In this document: positions 28,201 through 40,200 of the stretch, piece after piece | Position numbering within the stretch: the stretch's first letter is position 1 | Layout of the letters: each line of letters opens with the position of its first letter | From: Antedon mediterranea | Taxonomy: Eukaryota > Animalia > Echinodermata | Assembly (NCBI RefSeq): GCF_964355755.1 | Contig: NC_092672.1 | Coordinates: forward strand, 23,449,237 to 23,513,236 | Reading direction: 5' to 3' | DNA: 64,000 nt | The notes under the pieces: model-generated | Seen by the model: only the letters and a program-made list of their open reading frames with translations | What the model was told of the DNA's origin: nothing | The model's database searches: none | Made by a program: the position numbers and the translations under genes

Positions 28201-31200
28201 AAGCTTTTATAACATTTAAATCTGCATAAAAGATGTATAAATGTAGGTTGATATCGATTAGTAACACTGTTATATTGGTTTTGTTTCTGTAATTTTTTAT
28301 AGAAGGCAATGTTGGAATCTGGACAAAATTTAAGAATGGTATGTACAAGATGGTAAGAAGAAAAGAAAAAGTGAGTGACATAACTAGTATATGGGACTAC
28401 GCTGGTCAACTAGACTACTATATAACGCACAGGGTATGTTTTCATTATTGTATTATGAATATCACTTGTATTCTAAGATTCATATTTAAAACAAATATTA
28501 TTTTTATTGGGTTCAGAAATAAATCAATTGGAAGCTTTTAAATACTAATAGAGCTTTATTTTCTTTTTACATGATGTGTTCTTACAGTATTTTGCCAAGA
28601 ACATTTTTAACAGGGTTATTTTATCAATGTGCAACTTTTTTTTTAGACTATGCTATGTTTTTGTTGGTTTTTCTAGTTCAATTGATCTTACATGTTTCAA
28701 TTACTGATTTTTTTTATACAAGTTTTCATATGAAACATCACCAGGGGCTGAACCAGGGGAGGGGCCAACAGGCATTTGTACTTGTCAATATTGTCAACAG
28801 TAAAAAGGGAGGGCAGAGTGGAGTAGATGTGTGAATGAGAAGTTTAAACAACCTCAAAACCTCAGAATACCATACCTCCACCATTATACCAGGCCTTTCT
28901 TTCTTTCTCTTTTGTTCTTATTTCATGCAATAATGCGATGCTGAATAAAGATCAATAGGTGATCTACAATAAAAAATGCTAAAATAAGTACTTTACACAT
29001 ACTATTCACAATCTAATTACAACAAATACTATTCCTGATCTAGAAAGAAAGAAGAAGACTCCTAAATGCAAATCACTATCCAAATGAAAAAGAATATCAC
29101 TTTTGAAATAATATCAATAATTGAATAAGTAGTATGACTGTGATGGTATTTAAAGAAATTGTATTAAATCGTAATTTATACTTACAACATTTATATTGTT
29201 TGTTTCAATCTATGCATAAGTGTTTTTATGATTAAAATCAATATATGCAGAGAAAATGTGATTTTAAAACTATCCTAAAATCCCATTGAGCCGAATTCCA
29301 CGCGTTCCATCATCGGAAAACATATATCAATGAAATATACACTACATTCACAAATAAAACAATGAATTGTACAAGTTAAACTTGAGAAGGAATTCTTTTT
29401 CGTTTAGAGTTGTACTTTTGTGGAATGGTCTTTCTGACTATGTTGTTTCAGCTAGTTCTTTAAATTTGTTCAACTAAATGGTACGCTCGCTTCTAGGTCG
29501 TGCCCACAGATGGTTCTCGAATACACAGTAATGTCAGCATTCAAAAACTGGCGATTTCAAATGTACAATAATGCAGGACAATAATATATGTCGTTTACAG
29601 GAACGAATAAATAGACACTGTGATTTATGTACTCAACTAAAATTAGCACACTGGGAATTACTTCCGAAAGAGAAACTAAATGAGACCAATTGTTTAAGTC
29701 AAATTTAAACAAACTTAATTTGTGTTTTGTATGTAACATTATGGTTGAGGAATGGGGATGAGGATGGGTGCAAAGAGGAACAATTTTTAAATAGATTCTT
29801 TATTTTGTAACGAAATATTAATTAACATGTTTTACAAATAATATACCACTAAACACAGTAAAACATTGCGATGTAATACTTTGTTGAAACTATCACCGTC
29901 GTAGTCGATTGAAATAGTACAGTACATGTAACGATACACTACGACGTATGTTTATATATAATGTTAAACAATTTGTGAAAACCACCTCTATTCGGGGAAA
30001 ATCATAAATTCGATTTAATCGGTAATAAATATTAAATTACGGCGAGTGAAAACGCTAGCTCATTATCCGTTTAAAAAAAATTATATCCAACCTCTGCAGC
30101 ACAGATTGAAAACAAAATGGATCGAATTTCTGTTATGAGTATACAGTACTTTCCTTAACGACGCCTGAGGGAATAGACACTTGTGGAACGACACAGAGAT
30201 TGGAATGTTCCATTCATCGCAAATCAATACATTTGTATAAACGTATATTAAATCTATCAAAATAGTATTTTTTAAAGAAAATCGGCCTGTCTTCAACATT
30301 ATGATACTGTACTCGAGCTGTTCAACCGGTTTTCAGCTATTAAAAACAATTATCGTAGGAGGAGATAGGAAAATGCGAAGCCTCCTCGCATTTTTGTGGC
30401 GGGTTTTTTTCAAGATGGACATCCATTAGACAGTGTATACCACGATCGGAAAACACCCCCATTTGGGGCAAATCGTTGAACCTAAATTCGTTTTAATCGT
30501 CAATAACTAATTATCTAACTTAATTTAATTAGTAAACAGGGTTACATCAGGTGGTTAAAATCAGTACCGAAAGTACGAACCAACTTTATATACCATCGAG
30601 TAAAAATTCTAGAAATAAGGCGCGATTTACCGAATTTTGCCCTTACGTAAATTTATATATAGAAAATAGACTAAATGAGGCTTGGGTAAACCATCCATTA
30701 AAGTTCACACCGTTTGTACAATATGACATGATAACCGTGAGGGGCTTACAAGCAATATGTTTCGCCTCAATTTCCCTCTATTCATACGACTATGAAGGAT
30801 TACACGTAAACAAGTAAAAGTCATTGTAATCAAAAAAGCTTTGAATTTAACTGCAAAAAAACACAATTTCCAACCAAAAATTGTATATTTTTTACCACTT
30901 AAAGAACTTGAACCGATACTTGGATTTCAGTCATTTAAATTGCAAAATGATAAACATTAATTTCTTTTTGGTTAACTGAAAGAAAAGTGAAATGATTAAT
31001 AAATGACTAAACTTGACCTACACGCATGCACCAGTGACCTCCTGCGAGGTGAACAATGGTTGTGTAAATTCCATTTGACGTAGTACACGCACCCCTCTTG
31101 TAAGAATTACCACATGTATCAATGCAAGCTGAACGATGGTGGAAAAACATGCATCCCTCTTATAAGAAATTACCATGTGTTCTTGCCTGCATTGATGGTA

Positions 31201-34200
31201 TCTGTTCCGATTTACAATCATATTGGTATGTATCACTCTGGCCTAGACAATGACGACAATACGACAGGCTCATGTGTATACCAACAATGAAATTGCGCTA
31301 TATTTAGACATTTACAGGGTTTGCTCACTGTCTGGGTGACAGCATGCAGCTTGTTTTTTAACGTCTAAACAAGTAGGTTAGACCTAGCCAATGGTTTTGA
31401 AATGATCATGACAACAAAACATACATAGCAATACACATCGTGTCAAGTTAGTTCCCGCAACATAGGAACCACAGTCCTTGTAAGGGTCTGGTATCACAGT
31501 GTAAAAAACATACATAGTAATACACATGTCAAGTTAGTTCCTGCAACATAGGAACCACAGTCATGGTAAGGGTCTGGTATCACAGTGTATAAAACATACA
31601 TAGCAATACAAATCATGTCAAGTTAGTTCCTGCAACATAGGAACCACAGTCCTGGTAGGGGTCTGGTATCACAGTGTATAAAACATACATAGCAATACTC
31701 ATCATGTCAAGTTAGTTCCTGCAATATAGGAACCACAGTCCTGGTAGGGGTCTGGTATCACAGTGTATAAAACATACATAGCAATACACATCATGTCAAG
31801 TTAGTTCCCGCAACATAGGAACCACAGTCATGGTAAGGGTCTGGTATCACAGTGTATAAAACATACATAGCAATACACATCATGTCAAGTTAGTTCCTGC
31901 AACATAGGAACCACAGTCCTGGTAGGGGTCTGGTATCACAGTGTATAAAACATACATAGCAATACTCATCATGTCAAGTTAGTTCCTGCAATATAGGAAC
32001 CACAGTCCTGGTAGGGGTCTGGTATCACAATGTAAAAATGGTGAAAGTTTATTTTACAGTCTGCATTAATCTGCATGTTTGACTTGATGAGGCATGAACA
32101 AAAGTGCTCAGAACAAAAGCAGAGCAAAATAGATAAAAAATGACTATTTATTTGCACACTAGATTACTTCATAAAAATGATAAAAAGAAGAGCTATTTTA
32201 TCACCTTGATGAAACAGTACAGTATGTAGTGTGCAAATAGAATGTTGAAGTTTTTACTTGAGTCATCAAACTTTATCTATATAAAATATTGTAATATTAT
32301 ATTATAATTAACCATGAAAACATAATCCTTGTTAATTTCCAGTTTTTCCTGACAAATACAGTATCATACTGTGTTGCTTTCAATGTCATGGACAACTTGG
32401 ATGAGCCAGCTAAACCACGGGATTCAAAAATAGTAAGTTAAACTTTAGTACTTTAGACAATGTAAACTACAAATGGCTGCTATGATTTAATAATGTAATT
32501 TAATTTCAATATTAGTTTAAAAATATATTGGCATTGTCATTTTAGGGTCAACTAGGAATGACTAATTTGGACATGAATTTGTTCTGGATAAGGTCCATTT
32601 ATGAACACACTGTACAACATGGTTCAGGAAACATTATTTCAATTGATGGCAAGAACATAGGGTCACCTCCCATCTGTTTGGTTGCAACTCATGTGGACAA
32701 ATTGTCAGGGACAGCATCAGAAAAAGAGGAGGAGGTAAATAGTATATAAATATTAGATATTTATATCTTGTCTTTTTCTCAACTATTACCCCTTTCACAC
32801 CAACCTAGCAACACCGGGGTTAATAAAATAAAATTGTAAATGTCGCCCTCTATTTTTTTTTTTTTACATAGCGACGATCCGGAGTTTAACTGCGGGGTTG
32901 AACAGCTGAATATTCTCCGGAGAGCGAACTGCGGGGACACCCTGGTGTTTTGGTGTGAAAGGTACAACATCAAACTCCGGAGTGTTTCGGGTCAAAAGGT
33001 CATCCTCACACGATTACTCATTGCTTTAGTTTTATTTCAAAATACTTTAAATATTTGTACAAAATATATAGCGGGTTTAAAAAATAATAAGTAGTATCAA
33101 TAAAACATTATATTACTTCTGAGACTTTTGAAAGTAATTATTAAATTTAAAATATTAATTAAAATGATTCTAATGATCGTCGCTATGTAAACAAACAAAA
33201 TAGAGGGCGACATTTACAATTTTATTTTATAAACCCCGGTGTTGCTAGGTTGGTGTGAAAGGGGTATCTCCGGAGTTTCTCGACGTTTTGAATGGTCATA
33301 AACCCCGGGGTGTCTCCGGAGACACTCCGGAGTTTTGGTGTGAAAGGGGTATTAGTCAACATAAGCGCTCCTAGCAACTGAACACAACTGAATGCAACTA
33401 TAAACCTCAACTGACTGCAATTGACAGGCGCACAAAAATGTAGACATTTATAATTACTTTCAGTTGCTTATGTTCTATTTTTTCTGTAACTGAGTGAAAC
33501 TGAAAAGTTTTAAACGTGTCACACGTGTGGTATGGGTAACGGCGACCAGTCGCGATTGGTTTGTATATACTGGTTCCTATAGAACTATGAATTGCGTTTT
33601 GCGTGTAGTGAGGTAAATTAATAGGCTCTTTAGAATTAATATTTTGCCTACAAAATGATTGACTGTATACAACCCATCAGTACAATTAGAACAAAAAAGC
33701 AGTTTGAGGTCTAATGTACATGTTTATACAATCAAATAATATAACATGAAAATGGAACATTTAAGTTAAACATTACATGCATTACAAAAGAATTCATTAA
33801 AGAAAGCACATTAAAGTAGAAACATTGTTTGAGATTTTGTCATTTTGAATTACAGTATGAATTAAATAAAACAGACAGTTATGGAAGATTGTGTACATTA
33901 GGTTTTGACATATTGTATTGTAAACCACTGATCATGATGATCACTATCACGCAGATTGATCTCACTGATCATGTGAGTATTCTCAGTGGATATATTATTG
34001 TCAACACTTAGCTTGAAAATATGCCTGGAGGCGCAAACAAAATCCTACATCGCGACAAAAATCCAAAATGACTGCCCGTTTGATATAAATTGTATTTATA
34101 ATGTCTATTAAATGCTCTTTCAGAAATTTTTGATTGGGTATGTCATCCTCTGAATGTATTTTGTAATTTAACATATGACTTCTAAGTCCAAGATGGCCAT

Positions 34201-37200
34201 CAAAATTCAAAATCGCTTCAAATTGAGCTGAATTGTATTTATAATGCCTATTAAATGGCCTTTTTAAACTTGTTTGTTTTTTATTTACCACACACAATGA
34301 ATACAAAGTAAAAATATTAAATTCATTCATTCATTCTAGAAACATTTATTGACAATATCATAGCATGGCATAGCATGGTTGGCATATAATATATATAGTC
34401 GAGAGACTACAAAAGGCCCGATGGGCCTGTCGCTGTAGTCCCTCTTTACATTATACAAGTATACATACAAATGAAATATACAATATAGATAATACAGTAT
34501 ACAGTATTAGCGTGATCAGTAATCATTGTGATGAGTTATCAGCGATAGTAGCAATATGAATGCATTTATTAATTGAAGGTTATGAAGATGTACAAGAAAA
34601 TGTTTGATAAAATGGAAGGAATGCCATATGCTCACCATGTAGATCGTGAAATGTACATGGTTGATAACACCATGAAATCACCTGAAGGTATTACAAAACT
34701 TAAGCGAAATGTTGGTAGATACATGAAGGAAATGGTGAGAGAAGTTCCAGTAAAGTGGGTTAATTTACAGGAAAGTTTGCAAAGAATTGGTGAAACAGAA
34801 TTGTGTATTACATTTGAGGAGGTAAAGTTTTGATTGTGGATTCCAATGTAATTATATAATATTATTATTTATTGTTACTTTGTTTTATTCCTACAGACAT
34901 TAGTAATATTTATAGTCCTGGCCCATCATTGAATTTTCCATTAGATTTTCTCCAGGCTCTACAAGTAATGTACTTAAGTTAAGTTATTTGTTTGAATTAA
35001 ATTCTGTATTAGGTTTCCAGGATTGGCACTCAATGTGAAATTTCCGAAGAGGGGCTCGACACTGCCATAGAGTATATGAATGACATTGGGATCATTTTGC
35101 ATTCAAGTACTAACAAAGAACTGAAGAACACTGTGATAACAGATCTTAAAATGATGATTCAAATGGTGACAAAAGTGATCACGGTAGTTAAACCATCTAT
35201 TAAAGTGGTAGGTAGATAATGTATTTTATTATGATATTAGATTGTCATCATGTGGATGTATAGGTGATGTTAATAATCTGTTCTTAGTAACTTGATGTGA
35301 AACAGTATAATTGTATTGATCATGTGATTGCACTGTGTAAAGTAAGAATAAACTGGGTTTTTTTTTAATATAGAAGCAAATGAGGATGCTGTGGAAAAGG
35401 CTTGATGAGGAAGGAATACTGGAGGAAAGACTGCTACGGTATTTATGGAAACATGAATTAAAGGAAGACCCACATCGCTTTGAAATCTTTACTGAAGTGA
35501 TGAAAACATTTAGTTTGCTCTTTGAGAAATTGAAGGTAAGTTAATTCAATTCAATTCAATTTCTTTATTGCTGCAAATGCCATCAAGGGCTAATATCCGC
35601 TTAAACATACTACATCATACAGATACATTGTATTTGCATTCAAAATTGTTTTAAACATTTTATTTTAGATTGGATGTCACTTAAATTAGTTTAAATGTTA
35701 TACTTGTAATATTTTAATTTACAATACTTTGCTTACATCTGCAGGTAACCGAAGGTAACCGGGTATTCCTGGTTCCATCTCGAATGAAAACCGAGGAAAA
35801 GAGTCTTGAAGTTGAAACGGACAAACAAAATATGGTGTCAATCTATCTTACACCTGTAGACTTTCTTCCTAATGCTGTCTACAATACATTGGTTGTTGCG
35901 TTTCTGGACTTAATGGAGGTAAAAAATAAAGATGGCGAACAACTTGTGTCTCAAAACCGCAGTGAATTCGACTTTAAGGATCATGGGGTCAATCTAGGCA
36001 CAGTGAAAATTGAAAACAAGCATGCATTAAAGGTTTGGAAATTCATTTATTTATTTAATTTTTCAAATAAATATATTTAAAGACAAAATTGTAGATAGCA
36101 AACAGAGTTTTAAATAATTACAATCTCAATCTTACTACTATTACACTACAGTATTACATTTTCATTTTTATGAATACATTGAATGCACAATGAATACTGG
36201 TAATAATAATGGTAATGTTTTGCATATATTATTTAACTCATTTTAAATTAACAAAGACAATTTTCCTCATCAGCTTGAAATAACTTATCTGACTGAAGTT
36301 GATGGTAATGTTAGAGACCAAATGAATGAACCGCAGCCAAGTTTCTGCATAGAGGTAAAGATTAGCATGATAGGCTTTATTAATAACATTGTTAACACCA
36401 GCACTTGAATGTAATGATTGCCAATAAACGGAAATAAATGGAAATTATCATATGTACGTTCAAGTCGCCATGTACGAAACTCAAATTGCTGACTCTAATA
36501 AAAATTACAAAAGACATATTTATAATATTTTATTCTACGATATGTATATAATGTCTTTTTTATTCACCCAAAAACTATGTAAATTCATGGCACGCTGGAC
36601 CACCTAGTCGTAGGCGTAAGGTATCCCAGGAAAACTTGATGCCCCAAATTGGAATTTGGCAAACTGGCTAAATACTATATATAAACAGCTTCCACCTTCT
36701 ATGTAATCTTTGTTATCATGTAACACTCAGAGCCATTGAGTCACTCTGCATAATCTATTCTGCTCTGCTTAATTGCGTCAAGCACTTTTGCCTATATGAG
36801 TTGGTTCAAACTTTCAACCTATTATATTTAAAACTTATGTTCTACATTTTACTTGGTTTGTAGGTGTTAAGTTATCTAATGCATCAACTAGAAACTGTGC
36901 TTGTCACTAGAGAAGGAGTTGGTTACAATCTATGTGTGTTGTGTACTGCTTGTAATCCAGCAGAGAAGCCTCATTTACATGATCTCAAAAAGTGCTTGAA
37001 ACTAGATACTAATAGTGTTAAATGTGGCAATGAACGCATGATGACCAATCATTTAAAGTGGCTATTTCTGGAAGGTTAGTTGAAATTTTTGATTATCATC
37101 ACAATTTTCTTCAATTGCAGTATTTTTTATTTGATACCACATTTTAACAATACAATGTACAAAGATATATGTCCTTTAGTCCAGAGACATCTACGAAGGC

Positions 37201-40200
37201 CGTTTTAATTATAGATAGGTTTTATTGTATGGTTAAATACTTTTTTTTACAATATAATGAAAATCAGTTGACTAATTGATTGACATTCTGTGAATTTCCC
37301 CTGCAGAATATGGGGAAACAATCTCATCAGTCGCAGGTTTGTTGATGATAATACCAGATAATAAAAATGTTTTTTATGTATTTACTAGTCCTTGCTAATG
37401 GTAGAAAAATGATAACATGAAACTATCAGTATCCACATAAGATAAAAAAATGATAACATGAAACTATCAGTATCCACCTAAGATAAAAAAAAAATGATAA
37501 CATGAAACTATCAGTATCCACATAAGATTAAAAAAAATGATAACATGAAACTATCAGTATCCACATAAGATAAAAAAAAATGATAACATGAAACTATCAG
37601 TATCCACCTAAGATAAAAAAAAATGATAACATGAAACTATCAGTATCCACATAAGATAAAAAAAATGATAACATGAAACTATCAGTATCCACATAAGATA
37701 AAAAAAAAATGATAACATGAAACTATCAGTATCCACATAAGATAAAAAAAAATGATAACATGAAACTATCAGTATCCACCTAAGATAAAAAAAAATGATA
37801 ACATGAAACTATCAGTATCCACCTAAGATAAAAAAAAATGATAACATGAAACTATCAGTATCCACATAAGATAAAAAAAAATGATAACATGAAACTATCA
37901 GTATCCACCTAAGATAAAAAAAAATGATAACATGAAACTATCAGTATCCACATAAGATAAAAAAAAATGATAACATGAAACTATCAGTATCCACCTAAGA
38001 TAAAGAAAATCATCAAGGAAAGAATATAATATTTTGTTGTTTTGTTATACAATACATTTTCATTGTAGATTCTGTCAGATTTACAATTGTTAGGATGAGA
38101 TATAAACGAGCATTATAAATAATGTATTTCTAAAAATCACCATGTCTCAAGTTCAGCAAATTCTAAATAGAATTTAAACAAAAATCATAAAAGATGTGGT
38201 GGCTAGGTTTTTTTTTAAACGATTATACTAGAAATGGAAATATTTGTTTTTAAACAAAACTGTGTGAGCTATTATTTTAGGCCTTAATTATTATGTTATC
38301 TGAGATTAACAAAAGCATGTAAGTATTAACTAACACTAATACACAAGCTAATTTTCCCACAAGCTGGCTTAAAAATCAAACTATTTAAAAAAAAATGATA
38401 TGGTCTTCATTGCTAAGTAAATTTGGAAAAATGTTAGTATCTATATATAAATTTACGCAAGGGAAAAATTTGGTAAATCGCGCCTTACTTCTAGAATGTT
38501 TACTCGATGGTATATAAAGTTGGTTCGTACTTTCGGTACTGATTTTAACCACCTGATTTAACCCTGTTTACTAATTTAAATTGAGTTAGATAATTAGTTA
38601 CTGACAATTAAAACAAATTTAGGTTCAACGATTTGCCCCAAATAGGGAGTTTTCCAATCTGTCTAATGGAATTCCATCTTGAAAATACCTGCACACAATA
38701 ATATGAGGATGCTTGAAATTTACCTATCTCCTTCTATGATAATTGTTTTTAATAGGCTGAAAACCGATTGAACACTTCGAGTATAGCATCATAATGTTGA
38801 AGACAGGTCGATTTTCTTTAAAAAATACTATTTTATAGATTTAATATACGTTTATACAAATGTATTGATTTGCGATGAATGAAAGATTTCAATCTCTCAG
38901 TCTCCCAGTATAAGTATTTGGTTTAACACAAGTAGGTACATTTATGGGCCCTTCGAAGATAAACTTAAATCTTTAAATATAGTATTGCAATACGTACAAT
39001 ACTGAAAATACGTATTAACCATTTTTCGGTGCCATTTTTATCGCAAATTTCTTACAGCGAGTGTGGGTACTGTTAGATATATAAACACAAAATATACAAA
39101 ACCTTTGTATTAATTAATTATTTATTATAATTTAAAAAAATATAAACGTAGTAATGATGTATCGTTACATGTACTTTACTATTTCAATCGACTATGACAG
39201 TGACAGTTTTAACAAAGTATTAAATCGCAAATGTTCTACTCTATTTAGTGAGACAAATCTCATGACACAAAATACATGAATAAGGACCAATGTGAATGGC
39301 ATAATAAAACAGTGTATCCTAGTGTTAAAAGAATGGTTTACCGTATTTAATAAAAACTAACTTTAAAATCTGTATTGAATGAATTGTAAGTGATACTGTT
39401 TTTGTTATTATGACTAATATGTTTATTTTGCATAGATACAACAACTGCTACTCCTCTGTCTACAAGCTCATTAGAGACAGGTTAGTGGTTATTATTAGAT
39501 CATGTATCATATGGACAGTTTGTCTGAAAATACATGAATATACATAATAGCATAACATCTTGGTGTCATTAGCAGAATAGTTGATTTAATACTGGTATTC
39601 TTGATTATGACTAATGTATATGTTTATTTTGCATAGATGCACCTATTGCTGCTCCTTTGGCTGCAAGCTCATTAAGGACAGGTATAGGTGAGTAACATTA
39701 GATCATTAGGGCATTGTTACAACCATTTATGTAGTACCAGCTATAATAAAACTACTGCTAAGAAAGAAACATTAAAGATATCATATCATTTATTTCATTT
39801 GAACAAAATACAAACATGAAAACATAACAAATGTAAATCAATGAGGCAGGATTACCTAAAATAACAGTCGAGAAGCCAAAATAAGACATTCAAACATATT
39901 CAAAACATAATTAAAAACACATTTTTTGTAAGAACGTTAAAATTGCTGTATATGAATGACAAGATAGTTTAAATTGTATGAAGTTAAATATATTACAGCA
40001 AAATCCACCACAGGTTAGCTAATTCTTTAAAATAATCAAAGCCGAACAAATCAGAATGGAATCATGCTAATGTTTGTTCTAACTTTCAGAAACATCAAAT
40101 TATCAACATTATTTTCTTTGATATTATTAATTTGAATACTATAATAACAATTTTCAAATAGTAGACAAAACTTTTCTACGTAGGAAAGGTGGTCAAAATA

